NCBI GenBank assembly: GCA_015680685.1
Contig: MNCI01001551.1
Location: forward strand, 409,486 to 473,485
Reading direction: 5' to 3'
DNA: 64,000 nt
Source of the DNA: Gnetum montanum
Lineage: Eukaryota; Plantae; Gnetophyta
The translations under genes were made by a program, and so were the position numbers. Every line of letters begins with the position of its first letter. Position 1 is the stretch's first letter. Positions 25,991 to 38,094 of the stretch are shown one piece after another. The notes under the pieces were generated by a model. It searched no databases. It worked only from the letters and a program-made list of their open reading frames with translations, and was not told the DNA's origin.

Positions 25991-27499
25991 GTTTGAAGTC
26001 TAAACTTTGCAATAGAAATCTTGTGTTCTATCCTCCCTCTTGCCTTCCTTCCTCTTTTGTGTGGCCTTTTGCGACACCACTGCTCACTCACTGTTTATGT
26101 GAAAGTAAAATGTAAAAATGAATTTTTGAATCACTATAATTCCCTTATTTTTTTTTTACATTTTAACCCACAATGTGAGTATCTATGATTTTCATGTTTC
26201 AAAGAACTATGAGTTGCATTTTATTTTAGTCATCGCAAATTAAGGTGAAATATGTGACTAGCATATTTAGGTGCAACTTGCACTTTTTTTTTGTGAGATG
26301 CAAAACACATAATAAAATTCTACAAGAATCTTGTACAAAAGTATGTTGGTTGCATATTAGGCTACTAGTCACACTATAAACCTAATATGTGTGTCATAGT
26401 ATTCAGTGCTAGTCCTAGTTTCCACATAAAAACTATGACTAGCATTGTGGTGTACTGTGAAAAATTGGTCTCTATAAATATTTTAGCTATAAAGATATGT
26501 GCATTACATGAACTTGCAAAATCAGTATGCAAAGCCAAAGCAACTCACATGGATTTAAAAAACTTAAGACTTTGGAATACTATAAGATGCATGTTCATGC
26601 ATGTTATTTCCAAAAGTTTACATGAGCATGCAAGTCGCATGATCCTATAATTTTTGAGAAATTATTATTGGATGGCATAAAATGCAAATACATCTATCGA
26701 GATTGAATTCTCGAAAAAACAAGGGTTAAAATATAGCAATGAAACTAGGTATCAAAGTTCAAAGAGAAATACAAGCAATCATTGTCCAAAATGTAATTAA
26801 AATTCACCATAATCAAATCGGCAACACATAGTCTTCCAATATCCTATTAAGTCATATAAAGCATAATTTTATCCAACATAATAGTGTAACAAACATTTTG
26901 TTAAGTAATCAAGAAAAAATACATGATATCTTCCAATCATAGTTAGCTACCCAGTGATGTTCAACCAAAAATACATTGACAAGAATGTCATGAACTGAGC
27001 TACTATTTTAGGGTAGATACAGGATCAGAAGACTATCCCTGATTTTTTTGGCCTTCTACACTCAAATCTCTATGAAAAATGAAATTGATTAAAAAAAAAA
27101 AGAACACAATGTACATTATTTTAATAACCACAGATAACCAATGAAATAGTATCCTCACCCTCATTAAAAAATTTTTATACATAGTTAGGTCTAGAAAGAT
27201 TTTATGTAGAACATTTGGTAGGACTATTCCAACTAAATAATCTTGTTTCACTCACTAATCATTCTACATTACTTGAAAATAAAAACTTTGATTGCAATAA
27301 CCCCACATGTTTTTCTTTTTCTAAAATACTCTCGTTGTCTGTAAGTAATGTGTTTTCAAGCTTATGAATTTTTATTTTCCATTGTGTTTTTGCTTTACCT
27401 TTGTCCACCTCCATTTTTTAATTTGTATTATCCACCATGTCCACCTCATTAGTGATAGACCTCCAACTACTTGATTCTAATGTCCTCAATGTCATTCTA

Positions 27500-29440
27500 A
27501 GTTCTAAAGCATCTTCTTGGCTAGGGAACTAATGTGGCTAGAATGAATTTAGTTGCACATGCACATTGGATTGTAAAACTCGTCTTGGAAGAAGAACTTG
27601 AATGCATTGGTAAGACCCTTCACCTTAATAAGAACTTTCACTAAGTGCTTACAAAAATGGCAAAGGCAAGACCATTTACACTTGCAAGATATAATAAACA
27701 AAAATACCTTTGAAACATTGTACCAAGTGTTTGACCTCAAACTATTCTAACTTCTCACAACATATTCATCTTTCATTTTCATGATCTGGATACAATCAAT
27801 ATCAGATATTCGTAAAGCCTTTTCCCATTACTTCTTATTGTAATCTCTATCTTTTTTATTTATGAAATATCCTACAACTTTAATTCTTGAATTATTCCAA
27901 TAACGTAGTTGTACCTTTGTCAAGCTCCATATAAGCCAATCAATCCTTCAGTATTTTCTATTTCTTATATCTCTATGTTGTTGTACATGGGAAACATCAT
28001 GGAATGCTTTAGCCCACATTCTTGTAAACAAATGATTAAATATATAAAAAAGTATTAAAAAAATGGGACAAGACTCTATGACTATGGATAATGAACTTTT
28101 ATGTAATGATAATAAGTACTAGAAACTCACTAAATTTGTCTTCATTTAACCATTGTTGTTTTAGGTATTTAATGAATTCTAAGTTCTCTTAAAACCTATC
28201 AATAAATTTATTTCTTTCAACAACAACATATACACTAGTTTTGAATTCATTCATAATATGATTAAGATGATCATCCATTGCTTTTCTCTGATTGGAATCT
28301 CTAACTTTAGTTGCCAAGTTCTTTCTCCATTGCCTCCAAACATACCAAATGCATAAAAAAATTTGCTTCCAAAAATAAACCTGATAAATTATCAAATTTT
28401 AACACATGTTAAGATATCTCAAACCAAGGTACCATGATTTCAACTATGTTTTCGAATGCCTTAAAAGTTACCTCTTTGCATTCATATCTACCTTTGAGTC
28501 ATCTAGCATGGAAGCATTTACTGTCCAATTAGGCTCCTTAGCCTTGCCTCTTTGATGGAGTTGTAAAAGCCAACCTCTTATATCAATTTCAGTGCACCAT
28601 GAGGATATCACCCATGCAACTAGAAGTCCATTATAATATGAGTCAAAATCCAACACCATATGAAAATGAAACTACAAAGAAAACCACACATTTGTAATTA
28701 GTTAATGTATAATTCTACTATGACACCAATAATTTTTAAAATGGAATAATAACAACCATTATTAAAACTTACACCATATTTGTTAGTGTTGAAAGTGGAA
28801 TCCACTACAAGGATACTACATTGAGATAGAGCTATCATCTTTTTGAGCATCCAAGGTGATTGCAACTTGATGATCAATGGGACACCTTATTGTTGATTCT
28901 CTTCTTGGTAGTAAAAGAAAAAATCACTAGTCATTTGGTACCATAGCTATGTACTGATTTTATCATGCTTACTTTTCTTGTAATTAGGGGTTCCATTTTT
29001 GTAAATGTTGTAAATGTCATTTTTAACAAAAAAGATATCCCTCTTTCTTAATAGCCAAAATTCCTATCCTCCCTTAAAGAGATCTTTGATATATGTCTCA
29101 TGGATGAGATCTATTAGTAATCCTTCTTTTTATAACCACACTATCTTCTAATGCACTTAATTGGAAATGTGTATGGATTGCAAGTTCTTTTTTATCTATC
29201 ATGGGACTGAGAAAACCATGACAGTAAGCTCCTAATGTGTCAATATGATTCATTTCTTTATATATAATACATGCAACATTATCAAATCCTCTCATATAGC
29301 AAACTATGAAATGACATTGATAACTAGCCTTTCCTCCACTATTATTTCTTTTTCTACCTTCCCTGGATATTATCCCTATAGTAACATTTGGTCCATACTG
29401 GCAATCATAACTGATAAAAAAAACATATTCAAACAAGGAT
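27500..29440 (-). pseudogene. Intron-containing MULE-type transposase / SWIM zinc-finger pseudogene
   Basis: Minus-strand segments occur in order: YDCQYGP...CHF...IIY...H...CHG, then QSPW...VVDSTFNTNKYG, FDSYYNGLLVAWVIS...MLDDS, IFLCIWYVWRQWRKNL and SWIM-like CKCKWSCLCHFCKH. GT..AG introns are predicted at 28672-28772 and 28381-28471. Stops and frameshifts are present. Confidence 0.75.
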
Positions 29441-30618
29441 CATAGTATTCTAAATTGTGCATCTTTTCATTATAAGAAATTATTAGATAAATACAAAATA
29501 GTAGTAAGTAACTTATGTTATTTGACTTGTGTAATGGTTTACTCATGAGCGAGTCTTCTTTATCCATTTCTATTATTTTTTAGTTCTATAGAAAAATTCA
29601 CAAGGAAAGATCTTATTCTTCTATTTTTCCTTAATAAAATCACCTACTCTTTCTTTATATATCCAAGAAAATGCATCATCTTTTGAATATCATCTTTTGA
29701 CAAATGCCCTTTTGGGGGATTTTGTATTTCTTATTACCATGCAGATTCCTAGAAATTGGAATGCTCTCTTCTTCCTTGCATTCTTCAAAGATTTTGCATG
29801 GTAAAAATCCAACATATGTATATTTGAGATATCATATTCATCACTTAAGTAATATAAGTTGATTGAAATGAGAGCAAGCAATGTACCTTATTAGAAAATG
29901 CTATTATAGAAGACTTACACAACGTACAATCCATTTAGCATAGCAAGATTGACCTTCAATGATAATGTCATTTCTCATGCAATGCTCTTCACTCCCTTAC
30001 CATGCTTTGTGTCCTTCAAGCTACTAAAGAAATGCACATAATGATGCAGTAAATTGGTAAATTGTTCTAGAAATCTTACATAGTGTATTACCAATCAACA
30101 GAGGTACATCTTCAAGCCCTTGATCTTCTTAATGAAATATCTTCAGTAAGATTGACTTTCAATGACAATGTGATTACTCATGCAATGTGTATTTTTCTTC
30201 ACTTTGTTGCCATGTTCTATGTCCTTCTAGCAATCTCTTTGCACAAAATAAGATGGTAAATTTTTTGAGATCATTTTTAATTTTAACCTCATACTATGTG
30301 ATGTGACCTTATGTGTGTCACATATAGACTATGATCCACATATAACAATGCAAATCGCAATTTATTGGAAAGGTTGTGAGGGGCTATGAGTAGCACTATC
30401 TTGCATTCCATAAAGTGCATGCCCATGAGAATAGCGGTCCCACACAATTTCAACTAGAAGACAGTCTGATCTTCTGGAAAGCCAAAAATGCTTGAAATTT
30501 ACATCCACTGGAAGGCATGATATCTTCCAAAAGACTTTAGTACATGAATTGAGATAAGTTAGGAGTAGCATTAGCTTATACTCTTCATAGCATATAAAAA
30601 AAATCCTAATGTATAATA

Positions 30619-31163
30619 ACCAAAACTAAAAAACTAATAGTTGAGGCATAATAACCTCTTGGGATACCAACGCTTCTATTGTAAACTTCGTATTTAATTT
30701 GAAAAGTTATGGATAGTCATTAGATAATAGTTAAGTATGATGAGTTAGAAACCTAAGTATGACATTAGGAATCATAAAAGTTTTCATGTTTGATAAATCA
30801 AATTCAACTAATTTAATGGGTGCAACTTTAGCCTCATGTTACATGTAATCTATTGCAAGAGGCTCAAGAGTAATGGTTATCTATTAGAAGAGTACTAGAT
30901 TTTTCTTACATGTGTTAGGTACAATAGGTTATATAAGAACTAGAAATTAAGGTAATTATTGATATGAAAAAAATACTCAAAACATATAATCACCAAGACT
31001 AAAAATTACCATCCACGACACAATAATCTCTTGGGATACCATCACTTGTGTTGTAAACTTAGTATTTAATTGGAAAAGTTAAGAATAGTCATTAGATGAA
31101 GGTTAAGTATGATAACGTGGAAACATAAGAAGGACATTAGAAACCATAAAAGTTTTCATGTTT
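30619..31163. repeat. ~170-bp dispersed direct repeat (30619-30791 and 30992-31163)
   Basis: Both copies share CTCTTGGGATACCA...GTAAACTT.GTATTTAATT.GAAAAGTTA...CATAAAAGTTTTCATGTTT. Confidence 0.8.
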
Positions 31164-31389
31164 AACGTTAGATAAAGTATGTGATTTTCATTTATGATTT
31201 AATGTTAGATCTTCATTTAAACATTCTGTTACATTAGTTTTGAACATTTATCTTACTATAACTCAAATCATAGCATTACCTTACAGTAACACCAGAAGTC
31301 ATAATGGCCATCTAGAAGATGAAAACTTGTTGTAATTTTGTCATACCGAAAGGCATGAAACATTTCAGAAGTCTTGTTCAAGTGGATTG

Positions 31390-33340
31390 CAAGAGGTTAC
31401 AAGTAGGTTTAAAACTCTAAGCAATTATTCTATACCAGAAGATTTGAATGCATTCTAGATGATCCTTTACCTTCTAAAGTATGCTAGTCTGCACTTCGGT
31501 GCAGTTTACATAGACCTTGTTGCTAGATGATCCTTTGCCTTCCAAAAGCCACAAACTCCAAGCAATTATTCCCTACCAGAAGGTTTGAATGGCTTCCAGA
31601 TGATCTTCTTCCTTCCAAATGATCCTCTACCTTCTAGTAATCTCAAACTCCAAGCAATTGTTCCCTTCTAGAAGGTTTAAATGTCTTCCAGTTGGGGCTG
31701 CAAGAGGGTGCTAATTGCACTTCCTTGCAATTTACCTAGACTTTGCTACCGGATGACCTTCTACCTTCTAGGACTCACAAGCTTAGAGTAATTATTTCTT
31801 ATTAGAAGGTTTGAGTGCCTAACGATAAGGACTACAAGAGGATGCTAGTTGCACATCATCATAGTTTACCTAGACTTTGCTGCTAGATGACCCTCTACCT
31901 TTTGAAAGCTTCAAACTCTAAGAAATTGTTAACTACTGGATGGCTAGAGTGCCTTCCAATAGGAACTACGGGATGGTGCTAGTCGCACTTCCTCATAGTT
32001 TACCTTGACCTTACTGCTGGTTGACCCTCTACCTTCCGAAAGCCATAAACTCAAAGTAATTATTCCCTTTCAAAAGGTCTAAATACATTCCAAATGATCT
32101 TCTTCCTTTTGGATGACCTTTTGCCTTCTAGTAGCCTCAAACTCTAAGCAATTGTTCCCTTTCAAAAGGTTTGAATGCCTTCCAGATGGGACTATAGGAG
32201 GGTGCTAGTTGTAGTACCTTACCATTTACTTAGACCTTGCTACTGAACGAGCCTCTGCCTTCTGAAAGCCACAAACTTGGAGCAATTATTTTGTACCAAA
32301 AGGTTTGAATGCCTTTCAGAAGGGACTATGTGAGGATGCTACTTGCACTACCTCATAGTTTGCCTAGCTAGATGATCCTCTACCTTCTAGAAGTCACAAA
32401 CTTCAAATAATTATTAACTACCAGAAGGTCTAAATGCCTTCTGGATTATCCTTAGCCTTTCAAATGATCCTTTTCCTTTTGGTAGCCTCCTACTCCTAGT
32501 AGTTTCTCTCTTCTGAAAGGTCTAAGTGCCTTCTAGTAGGAACTACAAGAGGGTACTAGTTGTATAGCCTTGTAGTTTACCTAAACCTTACTGCCATATG
32601 ATTGTTTGCATTCTAGAAGCCATAAACTTGAAGCAATTATTTCCTATTAGAAGCTCTGAATGCTTTCCAAATGACACTTTGGCTTCTAATATCTTATAAC
32701 TCCAAGCACTTGTTTCCTTCTGGTAGGTTTTAATGCTTTTCGATTGTAATTGTGGGAGGGTGCTAGTCGTACTTCTTAGTAATTTACCTAGACCTTGCTA
32801 CTTAATGACCCTCTACCTTTTAGAAGCCACAAACTCGAAGCAATTATTTCCTATCGAAAGGTTTGAATACCTTTTGGAAGAAACTACAAGAGTGTGTTTC
32901 TCGCACTACCTCAAAGTTTACTTGGACCTTGCTATGAGATGACCCTTTGCCTTTTGAAAGCCTCTAAATGCCTTTGAATGATCTTTTGCCTTCTAGATGA
33001 TCCTCTACCTTTTGGTAGCCTAAAACTACAAGCAATTATTCCCTTCTAGAAGGTCTTAATGCTTTCCAGTTGAGGACTATGGGATGATGCTAGTCGCATT
33101 ACCTCACAGTTTACCTAGATGTTGCTACAAGATGATCCTCTAGCTTTCGAAAGCCACAAACTCCAAACAATTATTTACTACTGAAAGGTCTTAATGCCTT
33201 CAAGATAATTTTCAGCCTTACGTATGACCCTCTGCCTTTTGGTAGCCTCAAACTCTAAACAATTGTTTCCTTTGAAAGGTTTGAATGCCTTCCAATTGGA
33301 ATTGTGGGAGGGTGCTAGTTGCACTACCTTGTAGTTTACA
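31390..33340. repeat. Degenerate two-module tandem repeat array (~70-bp and ~60-bp modules)
   Basis: Module A is ~GATGATCCTCTACCTTCTAGAAGCCACAAACTCCAAGCAATTATTCCCT.CCAGAAGGTTTGAATGCCTTCCA. Module B is ~GGGACTACAAGAGGGTGCTAGTTGCACT.CCTCATAGTTTACCTAGACCTTGCT. They recur in variable order. Confidence 0.85.
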
Positions 33341-35039
33341 ATGCACATTAGGAGATGTAAGCATATGCAAGTCATAGTCCATCATTGTTAGCATGAGTAT
33401 TCATTCATGTCAACATGAAACACATTCATGAGCATGATGATACATTTTCTATGTACATCAATAAAAAATTCACAACATACATACCCATACCCTTATCAAC
33501 CACATCATAGGCCTTGTAATTGCCTAATGAGAACAAAGTAACCTTGTCCTTTGATGGTTATTGATAACAATGTGGACGGCACGCACAAACGATAGATAAT
33601 GCAACACGAAAGCCCATGATGCACGAGGTTTGTCAACGCTCCTGCTGCCTTTGAATCTGAAAGCTTAACAAATTTCTCAAAAACATACGTTCTTTTACAC
33701 GTACATCTGATCAACGATTCCCAGCGCCAAATTCATATGTAATGTCTCGGTCAATAATTGATCGGTGTCTTACGTGGTCGCATATTTGCAATATAAGATA
33801 TGTGTTTTTTTTTTCTCAAATTAGAAAATTTCATTACGTGTGTATTTTTACTATTTGTTTGGCTATATTCGTTTACCAACTGGTTGACAATATTAAGCAA
33901 CTTGAGGAATAATATTACGTGTCTTGCTGTTCCTCTTGGAAACGAGTTGACACATGAAGTTTTCCTCGATGCCGTCTGTGGATTTCATGGCTGGGCCTTT
34001 GAAGGCAAAGCGGCGATGATCATAGTCACAGACAGACTGCTGCAAACGTCTACGACTCTACTCACTGGATAAGTTTGCACCAGCAACATACTGACTTGTT
34101 TCAGTTTTTCTTGTATTGTGGTTTTCCTTCTTTGGATTTTCACTTACTTCTAAGTTGAACTCATGGTGCCTCCACCGTGTAGTCTAGGAATACAATCCTT
34201 CAACATTTTGGAATAACGTATTCAACTTGTCCAGCAGAACGTCAAACGCCATCTATTCTAGAAATGACAGAAAGTAGAAAAAAGTATGGTGTGCTCCAGT
34301 GGAAACCGAAAGGCCAAAACTAGATGCTGCGTAGGAGTGTTTTTGTATGGTGTGCATAACTTCATCTTCCGTTAAAAGTGAACAGTGAAATTGCAAGGCT
34401 GTACTTTGGCCACCGTGCAGGCGACATTCTTTTACTGCAATGCATGTAAACTTAATAATTAACTTTAACTTTTAAGCTATGCTCCCGGGATCGGCGAATC
34501 CGACAGAAATTTCACGTACAGTTTATGCTAGGTACAGCGGCTCTTACAAAAGCAGCGTAAAATCGCAGCCGTAAATTTTATGTAACTTTTTCTAGTTTCT
34601 AATAAAGATATTAATGGTAATAGGAAAATCTTATCCGCAAATACAAATTCTTTGCACAAATGCAAAAACACATTTATTGAAAATTCTCAAATTTTCTATG
34701 CTTAAAATTTATGAGAATTATCATACTGCTTTTTAATAAATATATTTTAATTTTTTTAACGTCCCCTGAGTATGATTTCTTACTCATCTTTTCTGAAGTC
34801 ACACGTATCTAAATGTATTCAGAATCACAAACTCTACCTTTCACAGCTCTACGTATTAGTACCAAATATATTGGGTGGATGTTCTTTAGCACTCTTTTAT
34901 CTCTGGTTCAACACCGTTAACAAACAAATTTAAATCCTCACTTGCGTCATGCCTGGTCTGCATTACATCAGAAAACATCAAATTGCCATCGCAGAAAAAC
35001 TGACCAGCATAGATTCCATGTTAATCAACATAATCAGCC

Positions 35040-35392
35040 TCGGGAATACTGCTGTCAGCCATTAGTTCTGCACGTGGTCAATCCTCCTCTGTCATCATCC
35101 ATGACAAGTTTTTGAACTCTGCGAAAAGGAAAACATCCATTGATCATGAAACCATTATCCATGCATGCACAATAATCGGTCTACGTGCCAAACTTGTTCT
35201 CCAACACCGGCAGGAAGACGCGCAAATTCCAGACGGTCGTTAGCTTAGACAAAAAGCCACAGCGGACGGCCCCCATCGCAAAACCCAAAAGCCAACTCAT
35301 GAACGAGAAACTCCGCAACACATCTTCTATAAAAGGCGACCTCCCCAGGAAACATATCATCAACAGACACAGATCAACCATACAAATCAAAC
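35040..35392 (+). promoter_or_regulatory. Proximal promoter of the PME gene (G-box, RY element, ACGTG box, TATA)
   Basis: CACGTG is at 35071-35076, CATGCATGCA at 35160-35169, ACGTGCC at 35183-35189 and TATAAAAG at 35328-35335 (65 bp before the ATG). An A/C-rich leader follows. Confidence 0.6.
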
Positions 35393-36988
35393 ATGGAGAA
35401 TCTGAGTCTGAGTATGGGGATGATGTTAGTGTGCGCACTGAGCCTGCTCAGCCTATGCGCGGCGGCACAAAGCTCAGTGCCGGACTTTGTGACGCAAGCG
35501 TGCAGCAAAACCCGTTACCCAAAAAGATGCATCGACGCCTTCCGCCATTACAGCTCCGGTGACAAACCAGGCCACATGCTCCTGCCTTCAATAACAGCCA
35601 CCTCCAACGAAGTCTCCCGCTGTGACTCCACCGCCACGTCCCTCCCAAAAATCCACGCTCCCACAACCGCCGAACGCACCGCCTGGGCCGACTGCATCGA
35701 ACTCTTCCAAGAATCCCTCTCCCATCTCAACATCTGCGCCTCCGCCGTCTCCAGCAACTCCCACGTAATCCCACAATTCCTCAGCGCAGCGCTCACGAAC
35801 ATGGACACCTGCGTCGCCGGCTTCACCGACCTGAACTGCCCGGACTCCCCCTTCAAAAAGCAGCTCCTCGGCGCGGCCGCGAACGCGTCCGAGATGATCA
35901 GCAATTCTCTGGCCTTGTACGCAGACGGGCAGAGCCGGCGCAGACGGCGACTGCTCTGGCAAGAGACGACGTCCGTGGATGACGAGGGGTTTCCACGTTG
36001 GGTTTCAAAGGGAGACCGACGTTTGTTGCAGAGCTCGTCTCTGCCGAGCAAGTCCTCCGCTAACGTCGTCGTCGCCAAGGACGGCTCCGGCCAGTACACC
36101 ACCATCTCGGCCGCTCTGAACGCCGCACCGAAGAACAGCAAATCGAGGTACGTGATCTACATCAAGGCCGGCACGTACGAGGAACAAGTCACGGTGGGTT
36201 CCAAGCTCACCAATATCGCCTTTGTCGGCGACGGCGCCGGCAGCACCGTCATCACCGGCAGCAAAAACGTCCAGGACGGCAGCACCACGTTCAGGTCCGC
36301 CACCGTGGCCGTTTCCGGCTCCGGATTCATTGCTCTGGGTATCACGTTCCGGAACACCGCCGGAGCCGCGAAGCACCAGGCCGTGGCTCTGCGGGTCGGC
36401 TCCGATAAATCCGTCATCTACAGCTGCAACATCGAGGGGTACCAGGACACTCTGTACACGTACTCGCTCCGGCAGTTTTACAAGAACTGCAACATCTACG
36501 GCACCGTCGATTTCATTTTCGGCAATGCCGCCGCGGTGATCCAGAGCTGTAATATTTACGCCCGCGCGCCCATGAGCGGGCAGTTTATCACCGTCACGGC
36601 GCAGGGGCGCAGCGACCCAAATGAGAATACGGGCATTTCGGTGCACCGGTCCACCGTCGCCGCCGCTGAGTCGCTGGGATCGGCCAAGGCGTACCTGGGA
36701 CGGCCCTGGAAACAGTATTCCAGGACTGTGTTCATGTTGTCGTCGCTGGGTTCGTTGATTGATCCCGCGGGATGGCATGAATGGGATGGGAATTTCGCTC
36801 TGGATACTCTGTATTATGGTGAGTATCAGAATTCTGGGGCCGGTGCCGGTACCTCCGGCCGTGTTACATGGAAAGGTTACCATGTTATCACTTCGTCGTC
36901 CACGGCGTCACAGTTCACTGCCTCGAATTTTATCTCCGGCGACTCGTGGCTGCCCTCCACCGGAGTCCCATACACCAGCGGCCTCTGA
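35393..36988 (+). CDS. PME: Pectin methylesterase (pectinesterase) with N-terminal PMEI pro-domain (group 2 / type I), 531 aa, intronless
   Basis: It has a signal peptide (~aa 1-26) and PMEI cysteines (C..TRYP..C, DCIELF, LSAALTNMDTC). Two RRLL processing motifs follow. Catalytic motifs are KAGTYEE, HQAVALR, YQDTLY, DFIFG and YLGRPW. The ORF is uninterrupted from ATG to TGA. Confidence 0.97.
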   Translation: MENLSLSMGMMLVCALSLLSLCAAAQSSVPDFVTQACSKTRYPKRCIDAFRHYSSGDKPGHMLLPSITATSNEVSRCDSTATSLPKIHAPTTAERTAWADCIELFQESLSHLNICASAVSSNSHVIPQFLSAALTNMDTCVAGFTDLNCPDSPFKKQLLGAAANASEMISNSLALYADGQSRRRRRLLWQETTSVDDEGFPRWVSKGDRRLLQSSSLPSKSSANVVVAKDGSGQYTTISAALNAAPKNSKSRYVIYIKAGTYEEQVTVGSKLTNIAFVGDGAGSTVITGSKNVQDGSTTFRSATVAVSGSGFIALGITFRNTAGAAKHQAVALRVGSDKSVIYSCNIEGYQDTLYTYSLRQFYKNCNIYGTVDFIFGNAAAVIQSCNIYARAPMSGQFITVTAQGRSDPNENTGISVHRSTVAAAESLGSAKAYLGRPWKQYSRTVFMLSSLGSLIDPAGWHEWDGNFALDTLYYGEYQNSGAGAGTSGRVTWKGYHVITSSSTASQFTASNFISGDSWLPSTGVPYTSGL

Positions 36989-37564
36989 TGCACAGGCATC
37001 GTTTGTTTGGTTTGCTTCATTATTGGTTTACTTTTGAAGAATAATTGTCGTACCTCCGTTGTCCGAAGGAGGATACGGCATGGAACGAAAGGTTCAGCTC
37101 ACAGAAAAAATGTCAAAATGTCGGTGTGTGGATATGTCTTGAATTGTCTAGGTTTAATTTGTCGTTTTGTTTGAAAATTCACTTCAATAATTACACGGTC
37201 TGCAGAACTGATTGGATCGTGCATAACTTGTCTGTGACACGACCAGACTATAAGCTCAACGATTCTGTATTTATTTGTATTCATGGACTATATAACTTGA
37301 TATCACTCTTAGCCTCTTAGCCACTAATAATATTTCATACGCACACCATCGTGAGTTTCTTAATTTCTGTACTGCTGAAAAAGAGCAAAAATCAGCAATG
37401 ACCAATAAACACGCTTGAATGTGAGTCATGGAGGAACCTTTGACGCTCCCAAAGGCCAATCCATTCAAATGCAATGTTTACCTCGCACGCCCTGTCCCAA
37501 TCTTGATTTCCGTATGACCCAAATTTGGAGTCTCTCATGATTTCTGTGTGTTTGTTTAGTCATT

Positions 37565-38094
37565 GTACTCCCTTGTTTTCTGTGGTCTGTGTTATGCCGA
37601 TGCCATGAATCTTGATTGCTTGGCTACTCAACAATGAAATGAAGTTTCCAGTAAGATTCAGAGGTAGGTATGATTTTAATGCACAACGAGAACAAGAACA
37701 AGGCAAGAATAATGCAAGGGGACCATTTCATTAGTACTCCCTTGTTTTCTGTGGTCTGTGTTATGCCGCTGCTATGAATTTTGATTGCTTGGCCACTTAA
37801 CAATGGAATGAAGTTTCTGGTAAGACTCAGAGGTAGGTATGATTTTAATGCATAAGGCAAACATCGAGAACAAGGCAAGAATAATGCAAGACAAGGCAAG
37901 GGGACCATTTCATTAGTACTCCCTTGTTTTCTGTGGTCTGTGTTATGCCGATGCCATGAATCTTGATTGCTTGGCCACTTAACAATGAAATAAAGTTTTT
38001 GGTAAGATTCAGAGGTAGGTATGATTTTAATGCACAAGGCAGACATAGAGAACAAGGCAAGAATAATGCAACGCAAGGCAAAGGGACCATTTCA
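37565..38094. repeat. Tandem repeat, 3 units of ~170-182 bp
   Basis: Units start GTACTCCCTTGTTTTCTGTGGTCTGTGTTATGCCG at ~37565, 37734 and 37916 and are highly similar. Confidence 0.92.

Noticed and set aside
31390-33340. Repeat array as an LRR gene relic or CRISPR-like array
   Set aside because: Translated modules show no LxxLxLxx periodicity that I could see. There are no unique spacers or cas genes, and the context is eukaryotic.
35185-35562. 125-aa ORF overlapping the PME start as a possible uORF
   Set aside because: It begins at GTG upstream of the TATA box, so its start is unlikely to be in the transcript.
35448-36883. Long antisense and alternate-frame ORFs (e.g. 292 aa at 36005-36883, 197 aa at 35548-36141)
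   Set aside because: These are shadow ORFs expected from the GC-rich, codon-biased PME CDS and have no recognisable motifs.
35393-36988. Horizontal transfer of the PME from a microbe (GC-rich, intronless)
   Set aside because: Signal peptide plus PMEI pro-domain plus RRLL sites is the plant-specific architecture, and the promoter is plant-like.
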